Assembly: GCA_965231045.1 (NCBI GenBank)
Contig: OZ246406.1
Coordinates: forward strand, 578,208 to 642,207
Direction of reading: 5' to 3'
DNA: 64,000 bases
DNA from: an uncultured Candidatus Saccharibacteria bacterium
GTDB taxonomy: Bacteria; Patescibacteriota; Saccharimonadia; Saccharimonadales; JAGQNJ01
The notes beneath the pieces are model-generated. The model did no database searches and was not told the origin of the DNA. It was given only the letters and a program-made list of their open reading frames with translations. Every line of letters starts with the position of its first letter. Positions within the stretch are counted from its first letter, which is position 1. Below, in pieces: positions 36,244 to 45,778 of the stretch. Both the position numbers and the translations under genes were made by a program.

Positions 36244-36870
36244 TCAATTACCGAGTAGTCGCTCAAGCTCGGGTTTAACTCTTTCTGAAATTAACTTATG
36301 TCCTTTGTCATTTAAATGAATGCCGTCCGCAAACATTTCTGGCTTATTACTTATGTCCTCGAAACTCATAACTAATGGTAGTTTATTTTCTTGGCAAAAA
36401 TTTCGAAGTACTTTTTCAAATTCTAGAATTCGCTCATTAGTATATCCTTTGCCACTCGATGAATACTTCCAAGGATTAGATAGTTTATCATCTACACCAT
36501 GAAGGCCAACAAAAATAATGTCTTTGGTGATTGATTGAGCTGCTGGCAATAATTCATCTAGTTTGGTTTTAAATTCTGCTGGGCTTGAATACGGCTCACC
36601 TTTGGTCAAAAGTGTATCGTTTGTTCCGATTGCAAAAATCAATACTTCATCTTCACGATAAATTTGGCGGGCTTTTACTTCATTATTTATCCGGTTAATA
36701 ACACCTTCTATAGTATCTCCAGAAACGCCAAGGTTATATATCTCTACCCAATCACTATCCAGATCGTTTAGGGCTTTTTGAGCATAGTTCTTAATCAGCC
36801 TACTTACCCAACCACCTTCGCTATCCCAAAACCCTTGGGTTATGCTATCGCCAAAAACAAAAACTCTCAT
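36244..36870 (-). CDS. SGNH/GDSL hydrolase
   Basis: Block I is FGDSITQG. A GxND block and a DGIHLN (DxxH) block are also present. Confidence 0.8.
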   Translation of the reverse strand: MRVFVFGDSITQGFWDSEGGWVSRLIKNYAQKALNDLDSDWVEIYNLGVSGDTIEGVINRINNEVKARQIYREDEVLIFAIGTNDTLLTKGEPYSSPAEFKTKLDELLPAAQSITKDIIFVGLHGVDDKLSNPWKYSSSGKGYTNERILEFEKVLRNFCQENKLPLVMSFEDISNKPEMFADGIHLNDKGHKLISERVKPELERLLGN

Positions 36871-37472
36871 CCCTCAACACCCTCGCCAAGTAGTCTAATA
36901 ATCTTTTCTCTATACAATGGGCTGGCCATATTAAAAGGATGTCTTGTTCCTGTAGGCACAACGATTGGGTGGGCGTGTCCCGATAGTTCTTCGGTTGCCT
37001 TCTTAATATGACGGCCAAAACGGTGGTTTTTATTGATTTCAGCATCCGTGGCCAAAACATAGGTCTTAGTAGTGGGCCTGATTTCATCTGCGATATGTCC
37101 AAGATGATATTTTTTTAGGTCTTCTTTCATGTACTCTGGGTGCCATTCACTGAATCTAAGTTGTTCGGCAAAGTTATCACTAATTGATGCGAGTACAAGG
37201 CGCTTAGGGCGAATGCTTGGATCCATTTTAGCCGCAGCAATTAGTAGAGCATTTGCTCCATAAGAAAACCCGCCAGCTACATGTGGACGATGCTTATTTA
37301 GTGCTTTGTGCGTAACGTTAATATAATCCGTCATTACTCTCAAAAACCAACGCATCTTTACTATATCCAGATCAACATCTGGATATGCTTCTTGAAATTC
37401 TTGGCGGAACTTTCTATATCTAGGTAACCATGGGTTTTCTAAGAACCCGGGGACAAAGATTACTTTCTTCAT
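36867..37472 (-). CDS. Alpha/beta-fold serine hydrolase-like protein
   Basis: Has the GFSYGA nucleophile elbow (GxSxG). Length is 201 aa. Confidence 0.55.
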   Translation of the reverse strand: MKKVIFVPGFLENPWLPRYRKFRQEFQEAYPDVDLDIVKMRWFLRVMTDYINVTHKALNKHRPHVAGGFSYGANALLIAAAKMDPSIRPKRLVLASISDNFAEQLRFSEWHPEYMKEDLKKYHLGHIADEIRPTTKTYVLATDAEINKNHRFGRHIKKATEELSGHAHPIVVPTGTRHPFNMASPLYREKIIRLLGEGVEG

Positions 37473-37488
37473 ATCTATATTGTACTAG

Positions 37489-38271
37489 CTATTGTCGTTG
37501 GCGATAGCGCCAAATTGATAGCGGAATAAACACCGCCAGGATTCCGATTACCCAAAGCATCAACTTCCAAACAGCACCAGTACTTGGCAGACCGAGTGCC
37601 AGTTCACGAGCAGCGTTAACAGCAAACGTTACTGGCTGGTTGCGAGCAAAAGCTTGCAGCCAACTAGGCATCGTAGATATCGGAACGAAGGCAGCGCTAG
37701 CAAACGTTAGTGGAAAAACCATTACGAACGATGCGAGCTGAGCTGTTTCGGCATCTTTAACTGTCATTCCAATATAGGCAGCAACCCATGAGAATGAGAA
37801 GCTAAATGCCAGCACGCAAAAGGCCATACCGAGTGCTCCAGCAATTCCGTTTTGGAATCGGAAACCATAGATTGAGCCCATGATCAGCATTATGCACATG
37901 ACCACGACGTTTCGAAGCATGTCGGAGATTGTACGCCCAGCCATGACAGCAGCTCGGTTCATAGGCAGGCTACGGAATCGGTCAATGATTCCCTTGCCCA
38001 TGTCCTCAGCCAAACCAATTCCTGTATTGAGCGCTCCAAACAAAGTCGTTTGAACCAAAATGCCTGGCAACAAGTAGTTGATATATTTTCCGCCAGGGAC
38101 AGCAGCACCAATAGCTCCACCAAACACAAAGTTAAATAATGTTAGGAAAATAATCGGTTGAATCGATGAGAAAAATAGCAGTTGCGGCAAGCGAACATAA
38201 CGAAGCAAGTTACGCTTAGTTATTGCCCAGGTGTCTGTGATGCTGCGGTAAGTTATTACGAGCGGGTTCAT
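37489..38271 (-). CDS. ABC-2 transporter permease (DrrB-like)
   Basis: A 6-TM, 260-aa protein coupled to a DrrA-like ATPase. Confidence 0.8.
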   Translation of the reverse strand: MNPLVITYRSITDTWAITKRNLLRYVRLPQLLFFSSIQPIIFLTLFNFVFGGAIGAAVPGGKYINYLLPGILVQTTLFGALNTGIGLAEDMGKGIIDRFRSLPMNRAAVMAGRTISDMLRNVVVMCIMLIMGSIYGFRFQNGIAGALGMAFCVLAFSFSFSWVAAYIGMTVKDAETAQLASFVMVFPLTFASAAFVPISTMPSWLQAFARNQPVTFAVNAARELALGLPSTGAVWKLMLWVIGILAVFIPLSIWRYRQRQ

Positions 38272-39242
38272 TTTTTACCTCGCTTTTGTTTCTTAGGGAT
38301 TGTTTGATCTTTGGCTCTTTCGCCAGTCAGAGTCAGGAATACATCATCTAGCGATGGGCGATGCAATGAGATACCTTCTGGAGCAACGTTTGCACTATCA
38401 AGTGCCCGAACAATTTCTAGCAAGCTCTTAGAGCCTTCTTTAACTGGAACAGTTATGGTTGTTCCCTCGGTGGTTGGTTTTTTGGACGATAAGCCTTTTA
38501 CGGCCTTAATGGCATTTTCAACTTGGCCTTCGGATACTTCAAACTCAACAACATCACCACCAAGTCGGGCTTTGAGCTGGTCACTTGTGCCCTCGGCAAT
38601 TACTTTTCCGTGATCAATTACTGCGATCATATCGGCAAGCTCATCAGCTTCTTCTAGATACTGTGTCGTTAACAATATGCTCGTACCTTGTTTTACAAGG
38701 CCGCGGATTGTTTCCCATAAATCAAGTCGTGTTCGTGGATCAAGACCAGTTGTTGGTTCGTCCAAGAATAAAATTTTTGGGTTAGCAACCAAACTTGCTC
38801 CGAGATCGAGCCGGCGACGCATACCTCCTGAGTATGTTTTTACCTGGCGATTAGCCGCATCATTAAGGTTCAAATCTTTTAGGATTTCTTGCGCTCGTTT
38901 CTTAGCTTCTTTGTGACTTAAGTGATACAGCCTACCGACCATGTATAGGTTTTCGCGGCCAGTCAGAAACTCATCAACTGCCGCGTACTGGCCAGCAAGA
39001 CCAATGATTTCGCGCACACGGTCCGGGTGTTCAACGACGTCATTGCCTAGTACTTGCAGCGAACCTTTATCTGGCTCTAGTAGGGTAGCCAACATACGGA
39101 CTAAAGTAGTTTTACCAGCGCCGTTAGGGCCCAGCAAGCCAAAAATTGTACCTTCCTCAGCACTAAGGGTTACATTTTGCAGTGCTTTTACTTCACCACC
39201 AAATGTTTTAGAGATATTTTTAGCTTCAAATGCCTTCATCAC
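38268..39242 (-). CDS. ABC transporter ATP-binding protein (DrrA-like)
   Basis: Has GPNGAGKTT, YSGGMRRRLDL and LFLDEPTTGLD. Confidence 0.9.
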   Translation of the reverse strand: MMKAFEAKNISKTFGGEVKALQNVTLSAEEGTIFGLLGPNGAGKTTLVRMLATLLEPDKGSLQVLGNDVVEHPDRVREIIGLAGQYAAVDEFLTGRENLYMVGRLYHLSHKEAKKRAQEILKDLNLNDAANRQVKTYSGGMRRRLDLGASLVANPKILFLDEPTTGLDPRTRLDLWETIRGLVKQGTSILLTTQYLEEADELADMIAVIDHGKVIAEGTSDQLKARLGGDVVEFEVSEGQVENAIKAVKGLSSKKPTTEGTTITVPVKEGSKSLLEIVRALDSANVAPEGISLHRPSLDDVFLTLTGERAKDQTIPKKQKRGKK

Positions 39243-39272
39243 TAAACAATATAAGCCCTGATACTTAACACG

Positions 39273-40232
39273 TCAAGTATTAAGTTGTGCGACAAGTTTT
39301 ACGACTTCTTGTGCACAACCCCACGAAAGTGTATATCCAGAACCGCCGTGCCCGTAGTTATGAACAATGCTTCCATTTTTTCTTTTTTCTATTTCTAGCC
39401 TTACTTCATCACGAGCAGGTCTTAATCCCACTTTTTCTTCAAGAATCTCAACATCGCTAAATTCTGAATAAAATGCTCCTGCTCTTTTAATGATTCCTTC
39501 TGTGTCCCTTGGATTAATTTTCAAATTCCAGTCATTTGCCTGGATTGTTCCACCAATAATAATGTCGTTAATTCTAGGGATGATGACTGTCATTTCATTT
39601 GGATCTGTGTCGTCAGCAACAACATTTTTGAATCCGTTATGCTTTATTCGGACAACTTGACCTCTTACTGGAAATAGCTTTTTATCACCCAACAATTTTC
39701 GTGAACCCAAGCCAGAACAGTTTACTACAATCTTATCCTCATTTAACTCCAGGTTTATATCATCTATCTCCCTTTTTTCAAGTGTTCCACCTAATTTATT
39801 AAATCGATTAACTAGCCACTTCATGTAGAAGCTACTATCCATAAGAATTGCTTCTGTTTGATGACCATCAACAAAGCCTTCAGGCATATCATTTTGCTTT
39901 GGTCTTTTCCAGCTATCAACTGCATCAGCCCACGATGGCTTGTCGACTTTATTACGATAGATTTCTAAAACATCACGAAACACGCAACCACTCTCAGGAT
40001 CACTAACAACATTTTCTTTTAAGTAAGTAAGAGTATCACGAGCCCACTTCATTACTTTTTCATGGGGACTTGATAAGTATGGCATCCAAAAGGCAGCAGC
40101 AATATCTGAAGTGGTATTTGGTGGCAAATCCTTAGCCGCAATATGTACTTTGTAGCCCTCCTGAAGCAATAAGACACCACAAGAGAGGCCTGACACACCG
40201 GCACCAATAATTAATACTTCTTTTTTAGACAT
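39273..40232 (-). CDS. D-amino-acid oxidase (DAAO family, FAD-dependent)
   Basis: IIGAGVSGLS, TSDIAAAFWMPY, VNCSGLG, PVRGQ, GLRPARDEVRLE and HNYGHGGSGYTLSWGCA align along the full length with eukaryotic DAAO. Confidence 0.85.
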   Translation of the reverse strand: MSKKEVLIIGAGVSGLSCGVLLLQEGYKVHIAAKDLPPNTTSDIAAAFWMPYLSSPHEKVMKWARDTLTYLKENVVSDPESGCVFRDVLEIYRNKVDKPSWADAVDSWKRPKQNDMPEGFVDGHQTEAILMDSSFYMKWLVNRFNKLGGTLEKREIDDINLELNEDKIVVNCSGLGSRKLLGDKKLFPVRGQVVRIKHNGFKNVVADDTDPNEMTVIIPRINDIIIGGTIQANDWNLKINPRDTEGIIKRAGAFYSEFSDVEILEEKVGLRPARDEVRLEIEKRKNGSIVHNYGHGGSGYTLSWGCAQEVVKLVAQLNT

Positions 40233-40241
40233 AACAACGTA

Positions 40242-41219
40242 CTATTTACTTACGAAATCACATAACTCATTCCAGATTGGATCGGCGATTTCGATTTCTC
40301 CATTTCGTTCAATTTCTTTGGCGTGCATATCGCCACGCTCACCTGGCAATAGAACACCTTCTGAACCCGGAAGTGGTTTTGCAGACTTAATATCACTTAC
40401 TAATTCCGCAGATTCTTTCATAAACTGATCCTTAGAAACCAATAATCCAGGATCAATTGCTAGCACAAATGTTCCCGCACCTTTTTCCTTGTTTGTATTA
40501 ATGAATGATGCGTCAACTAGTGGTCCGCCCAAGACTTGCACTAGCAATGATAGACCGAAACCCTTATGGCCTGCGAGGGTAGCGACAGATCCATCTAGCA
40601 CTTTTGCTGGGTCAGTTGTTGGCTTACCTTCTGAATCAAAGCCTATTCCTTCTGGTAACTGTTCGCCCTTTAATTTTGCTTCAACAACACCGAAGAAAGC
40701 AGAAGCAGCTGTAGTAGTATCAAAAACAACCACACCATCACTTGTTGGAAATGCATAGCTTAACGGATTTGTCCCCAATTTTGCTTCAGCAGAGCCAAAA
40801 GGCGCCACAAAAGGTGGTGTCCCCACACAAACCAAGCCAATATAGCCCAATTCTGCTACTCTTCTACTAAAGTAACCTATGGCGCCAGAAGAGCTAAAGG
40901 TATGGTTTGACCCAACAAGGCCAATGCCATGTTCGCCAGCAAGCTCGCAAGCAAGCTGAACAGCGTTTTCTGTAGCAACCATGGCGTGACCACCAGAAAC
41001 TTGAGCTCCACACCTATCTTTTTTAATAACCTTGTATTCTTCCACTTCACTTGCTTTTGGAACACCGCCAGTAGCTATTTTTGTAATGCCCTGGTTATTA
41101 CCGCGAAGCTGAGCATACAAAAGGACATCAGAAATAACTTTAGCATCTTCTCCTTCATAGCCCAGTTTTTTAACACCAGCCATTACTTTATCTTTTAGGT
41201 CTTGTAGCTTTACTTTCAT
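40242..41219 (-). CDS. Ldh_2 family (malate/L-lactate/ketimine) dehydrogenase
   Basis: The length and the GSNHTFSSSGAIGYF and GHKGFGLSL segments are typical of the Ldh_2 family. Confidence 0.7.
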   Translation of the reverse strand: MKVKLQDLKDKVMAGVKKLGYEGEDAKVISDVLLYAQLRGNNQGITKIATGGVPKASEVEEYKVIKKDRCGAQVSGGHAMVATENAVQLACELAGEHGIGLVGSNHTFSSSGAIGYFSRRVAELGYIGLVCVGTPPFVAPFGSAEAKLGTNPLSYAFPTSDGVVVFDTTTAASAFFGVVEAKLKGEQLPEGIGFDSEGKPTTDPAKVLDGSVATLAGHKGFGLSLLVQVLGGPLVDASFINTNKEKGAGTFVLAIDPGLLVSKDQFMKESAELVSDIKSAKPLPGSEGVLLPGERGDMHAKEIERNGEIEIADPIWNELCDFVSK

Positions 41220-41221
41220 AT

Positions 41222-41842
41222 TCAGGCTCCTGTTACGATTCTTCCTTCATCATTATTAACTACGAAGGCTTGGTTGTCATCAATAATTACCAGTTCTTCT
41301 GGCGAATACATGCTTTGTAAATACGGTACCCTATCGTTGTAGTTGGGGTTATCGGCATGTGGAACAACCACTTTATCCACCAAGCTAAGTCCAGTTGTGT
41401 AGTGCTTGATGACACCCGGCGGGTCAAGCTCACTTTCAAAACCCTTAGTAGTTTTGCCAGCAATTATTGCACCGGCACTTTCACCAACAAACACTACGCC
41501 TTGGTCTAATACGCTTTTAACGACTTGGTGAAAGCCACTTGCCCGAACCGCAAAAAGTAAGTCAGTTGTGTTTCCGCCGCAAACATAAAGCATATTAAAG
41601 CTGCTCAATCGCTCCCTGAGTTTTTCTGGTTCTTCAAAATCATTCAAATCAACTTGCTCTGTATTGTGCAAACCTATGTCACCCAAATCTTTAACGAGTT
41701 CGGCTAGTTTTGCTTCGCGTTCAGGACGATAATCTTTGGCGTTAGGAATAATCGCTACGCTAGTCTCAGCAAAGTCTCTCTGTAGTAACTCGCCTAGATC
41801 ACCAGGCGTTGGTATTCGATACGAGCTTAGGTAAAGTTTCAT
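41222..41842 (-). CDS. Peptidase S51 (dipeptidase E-like)
   Basis: Contains LYVCGGNT and FVGESAGAII (Ser nucleophile region). Length is 206 aa. Confidence 0.7.
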   Translation of the reverse strand: MKLYLSSYRIPTPGDLGELLQRDFAETSVAIIPNAKDYRPEREAKLAELVKDLGDIGLHNTEQVDLNDFEEPEKLRERLSSFNMLYVCGGNTTDLLFAVRASGFHQVVKSVLDQGVVFVGESAGAIIAGKTTKGFESELDPPGVIKHYTTGLSLVDKVVVPHADNPNYNDRVPYLQSMYSPEELVIIDDNQAFVVNNDEGRIVTGA

Positions 41843-41885
41843 ATCCCTATATTCTCACGAATCAATTGTTATGAGCGTTGTATTT

Positions 41886-43679
41886 TTAGAATCCGCCGTA
41901 ACCACCACCGTAACCAGTAAAGTCAGCCGATGGCTTGTGATAGTCACTAACTTTTAGAACCTGGCTCAAATCTTTTACGCCTGATTTTGGCAGTATATAA
42001 AGCTCGCTCGAATTCTTAGACACTAGCAAGTAATCGTCAGTGTACCAACCATAAGGAATAAATTCACTCAGTGAAGCTACTTCTTTTTCGTTCTCTCCAT
42101 CTTTGTCACCAACAAATAATGTATTCTTCCCGTCACGTGGTTCATACCAGAAAGTTTGTTTTCCTGATGGGGAAAGCAAGTAAGTTGGATAGAATTTACT
42201 GAAAGTATCCTGGGTAATCGTTGAGTTTTGGACTTTATTATCTTTATACTCAACAAACTGGTTCTGTGCATTATAGCTATAGACTTCGAAGTATATCTCT
42301 TCAGGTTCATAGAGTTTAGCAAATATGTACGTAACTCTATCAGCCGGTGCTGTTGAGAAGTCTTTTAAAGATGCTTTATTGCTACCACTTGGATCAACAG
42401 AAACAATTTGAGTTTTTCTGTTGCTTGGATCGTATATTCCCCCTTGGTCCCAAACTTTTGTGTAAACAACCTTTGTTGGAAGAACGTATACATTACTTAT
42501 AGTTTGCTTTGCATAGTCATAGTTGCCAGTTCCAATACCAACTGTTTCATCTAAAACATTTATTTTCTTGTTATCTGCATCGTAGCTCTTAAGTGCGGTT
42601 GCCTTGTCCTGCCATAATTGCAAACCTTTACGATTAACTGTGTATACAAAGCTATGTCCGGTCCAGCCATTAAGAGTGAATGAAGCATTTCCCTCATCTA
42701 TGGTCTTTGTACTGTCATTGCTTGTATCAATTAGGAACAATTTTTCACTGTCGCCACCGTCACGTTTTGACTTTAGCAATAAGTACTTCCAATCACGCGA
42801 AGCTAAAAGAACAGTATCGTAAGTGTCTTCTTTACCAGTGCCAGCTAGAACTGTCTTGCGATCACTACCATCAAGATTCGTTTTTACTACATCGACTTTA
42901 CCCGACTTCTTGGATAGAAAGTATATTTTTCCGGCTGGCGTCACTTGAAATGTGTTAGCAGGATCCTCTTGTTCTGTAACTTTAAGCTCTGCTTCATTCT
43001 GATTATAACCATCACCAGAAAGGGTTACTTTTTGGCTTGTCTGATCTACACCAACAACAACAATAGCCTTGCCTTCTTTGTCTGTTCTTGCTTGCGTATC
43101 GATTGTTTTTACCAGTACATTTTCTACTGGCTGACCGCCCACTTTGTTAACTACTCTAACAGGCACTTGTCGCCCAGTTGCTTTCAAAGAAATTTCAAAA
43201 CTAGCCTTTGATTTTCTTATAGGGACTAGTGCATTCGAACTAGAGTCTGCGTAGTATTTTTTTGTAACAACAACTTTGTGATTACCTACAGGCACTGAGC
43301 TAAGATGCGCATCTCCATCGCTTCCAGTAGTTGCATTTTTTCCGGCAACACTAACGCTTGCTTCACTAATTGCCTTTCCTGTTTGAGAATCTTTAACATG
43401 TATAGCGATGTCTTGTTTTAGAAACAAGCCGAGAATACCATACCGACTAAATGGTATGGCAAATAGAATAAGTAATACTATTAAAACTGATGCGGGTATG
43501 CTTATTTTCTTATGTGATTTGTACCAAGATACAAACTGTTTTATCTTCCCATTTTTAGAATTTGTTTCTTGTGTAGGCACTTCTTGCACATTTTCTACCG
43601 GCTTTTCTTCCGCTACTGACTCGTTTTTGGTTTCGGGTTTTTGTTCTTCTTCACTCAGAGCTTTATTATCTTCGGCCAT
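41886..43679 (-). CDS. Large membrane-anchored extracytoplasmic protein, paralogue of 32947..34905
   Basis: Same architecture as its paralogue. The C-terminus ends in GYGGGYGGF. Confidence 0.55.
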   Translation of the reverse strand: MAEDNKALSEEEQKPETKNESVAEEKPVENVQEVPTQETNSKNGKIKQFVSWYKSHKKISIPASVLIVLLILFAIPFSRYGILGLFLKQDIAIHVKDSQTGKAISEASVSVAGKNATTGSDGDAHLSSVPVGNHKVVVTKKYYADSSSNALVPIRKSKASFEISLKATGRQVPVRVVNKVGGQPVENVLVKTIDTQARTDKEGKAIVVVGVDQTSQKVTLSGDGYNQNEAELKVTEQEDPANTFQVTPAGKIYFLSKKSGKVDVVKTNLDGSDRKTVLAGTGKEDTYDTVLLASRDWKYLLLKSKRDGGDSEKLFLIDTSNDSTKTIDEGNASFTLNGWTGHSFVYTVNRKGLQLWQDKATALKSYDADNKKINVLDETVGIGTGNYDYAKQTISNVYVLPTKVVYTKVWDQGGIYDPSNRKTQIVSVDPSGSNKASLKDFSTAPADRVTYIFAKLYEPEEIYFEVYSYNAQNQFVEYKDNKVQNSTITQDTFSKFYPTYLLSPSGKQTFWYEPRDGKNTLFVGDKDGENEKEVASLSEFIPYGWYTDDYLLVSKNSSELYILPKSGVKDLSQVLKVSDYHKPSADFTGYGGGYGGF

Positions 43680-43736
43680 AAGATAATCCTTTATAGGTTA
43701 GTTTAATTAAAACGAATTATACTGCTACAGCTTAGA

Positions 43737-44327
43737 TTAATCTAGGAATTTTTCAGGGAGTTGACCACCCTGCTCCATAACAAACCTATAGCGTTGTTCG
43801 AACGCTTTGCGAGACTCGGGCAAAGTAATTTTACGCGTCCAGTCTTTTTCGGCCTTAACCTGAGTATCACCCATTAGTTGCTCATAATGCTTTTGGGGGT
43901 TCTCGCGCCACCAAAAATACATAAACGGCCCAACTAAATGTGAGCAGCCATCGGCTGATGAAACAAGTTGAACTTCTAGTGGGGCTTCATACATATCTAT
44001 TTCCATTTTGCGATCCATAGTCTCGATATAGCCAACAGCTTTTTCAACAAAAGCTGGGTCAAAACCAAGCTCGGTTAGTTTTTTGCGACCTTCAGTCTGT
44101 GTAGTTCTGTATTGATCTGCAAAATTCAACATTTTGCCATAATCGTGCAGCCACACCATTACGTGTACCAAGTCTTTATCAGCCTGCGGATAATGTTCCA
44201 GCAGTTCATCGGCGATTCGCTCAACAATTTCTAGATGCCACTCAACAAACCAATAATGATGAATAAAATCCGGATTAGCCGCAGCTTGTTTTACATGATT
44301 TTTAAATGCTTCGATTTTATCCTGCAT
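43737..44327 (-). CDS. HD-domain phosphohydrolase-like protein
   Basis: Has a H...HD pattern (WHLEIVE ... WLHDYGK). Confidence 0.6.
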   Translation of the reverse strand: MQDKIEAFKNHVKQAAANPDFIHHYWFVEWHLEIVERIADELLEHYPQADKDLVHVMVWLHDYGKMLNFADQYRTTQTEGRKKLTELGFDPAFVEKAVGYIETMDRKMEIDMYEAPLEVQLVSSADGCSHLVGPFMYFWWRENPQKHYEQLMGDTQVKAEKDWTRKITLPESRKAFEQRYRFVMEQGGQLPEKFLD

Positions 44328-44329
44328 AA

Positions 44330-45640
44330 CTATGGAGCTAGGCGGTTAATATCACGTGGGAAGAGTGCGGCTTCTTTAATGTTATTAAAGCCAATGAGTT
44401 TCTGGACAACGCGTTCAAGCCCAAGACCAAAACCACCATGTGGCGGCATGCCATATTTCATTGCGTTTAGTAGTGGCAAAAAGCCAGGATCGTTTGGATC
44501 GCCACCGGCCAGTTTTTTGAGCTGGGCTACAACTACCTTATAGTCATTCTCCCGCATACTGCCAGTAGTAATTTCAACCCCGCGGAACAAAAGGTCGACA
44601 CGATCGGCAAGCTTTGGATCTTTCTCATTAGCCTTGTGATAAAACTTCATTTCATCAGCTGGCCATTCACTTACAAACACTGCTTCACTGCCCAAGTTTT
44701 TCTTGGCATATTCACATATCCAACGCTCTTCGTCAGGCCTGAGGTCTTTTTCACCGACACTATTTTCGTTCATAGCTTTGGAATACTTTTCGTGAATTTC
44801 GGCCATAGAAATAACTGGAATTTCTTTTGGCAAAGTTGGCTTTGTGGCATTCCAACGCTTAAGTTCAGTTTCGTACTTCGCCCAAACACCATCAACAACA
44901 GCGTGTAGCAATCCGCCAAGGAATAGTTCAAGATCTTTGAGAGTAATGAAACCCATTTCGCCGTCGACTGAAACGTATTCTGTCATATGACGAGTTGTAG
45001 CACTTGGCTCAGCACGATAAACTGGCGCAATTTCATACACTCGCTCAAAAACACCTACCATCATTTGCTTGTAGAATTGTGGACTTTGAGCAAGCGTAGC
45101 GGTTTTGCCAAAGTAGTCCATAGTAAAGACTTCTGCACCGCCTTCAGTTGGCTCAGCTAAAAGTTTTGGGCTATGCATTTCTGTAAAGCCGTTTTCGTCA
45201 AAATAGTTACGAATAATCTTGCAGACTTCAGCTTGAATCTTAAAAATAGCGGTTTCTTGCAAGTTACGTAGTCCGATTACTCGGTTATCAAATAAGGTCT
45301 CAAGATGCTCACTTTTGTGAGAGAGTGGTTTATCAATCTCGATAGGTGGTTCATCAGTTACTGGCACAAGCACAGTTAATTTTGGATCGCGTAGTTCAGC
45401 ACCACCAGGTGCCCGCTCCTCTTCATGGACTTTGCCTTCAACTTGTAGAACAGTTCCGATTTGTAAACCACGAAGTTTCTCGACTTCGTTTTTGTCCTCA
45501 ACTACAACTTGTACAAGACCACTACGATCCCGAACGTTAATAAATGTCAGTCCACCGAGCAGGCGTTTTTTATGTAGCCAACCTTGGATTGTTGCAGTTT
45601 TACCAGTTTCTTTTTTTACTTCGCTTGCGAGAATTCTCAT
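44330..45640 (-). CDS. aspS: Aspartyl-tRNA synthetase, archaeal/type-2 (436 aa)
   Basis: Has an OB-fold N-terminus, LAQSPQFYKQ, class II motifs FRGVEITTGSMRE and GGFGLGLERV. Confidence 0.85.
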   Translation of the reverse strand: MRILASEVKKETGKTATIQGWLHKKRLLGGLTFINVRDRSGLVQVVVEDKNEVEKLRGLQIGTVLQVEGKVHEEERAPGGAELRDPKLTVLVPVTDEPPIEIDKPLSHKSEHLETLFDNRVIGLRNLQETAIFKIQAEVCKIIRNYFDENGFTEMHSPKLLAEPTEGGAEVFTMDYFGKTATLAQSPQFYKQMMVGVFERVYEIAPVYRAEPSATTRHMTEYVSVDGEMGFITLKDLELFLGGLLHAVVDGVWAKYETELKRWNATKPTLPKEIPVISMAEIHEKYSKAMNENSVGEKDLRPDEERWICEYAKKNLGSEAVFVSEWPADEMKFYHKANEKDPKLADRVDLLFRGVEITTGSMRENDYKVVVAQLKKLAGGDPNDPGFLPLLNAMKYGMPPHGGFGLGLERVVQKLIGFNNIKEAALFPRDINRLAP

Positions 45641-45778
45641 TTTGGGTTATCTCCAGTTATTACTTTGTTGGTTTAGCTAATTAGGACCGTTAGCAAACAC
45701 ACTCGCTAGTAGCGTGCGCTGGTCCGAAGATTGCTATTGTCAACAAAATAACAGGTCATTACAAAAGGGTACTATACC

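Noticed and set aside
45641-45778. A T-box or other aaRS leader was considered upstream of aspS. The region has a GGACC...GGTCC 40-nt hairpin and an upstream TTGACA.
   Set aside because: At 138 nt it is too short for a T-box, and it has no specifier/T-box sequence and no terminator-antiterminator pair. It probably holds just the terminator of the upstream gene (GGGTA-tag-TACCC-TTTT) and a promoter with a short structured 5' UTR.
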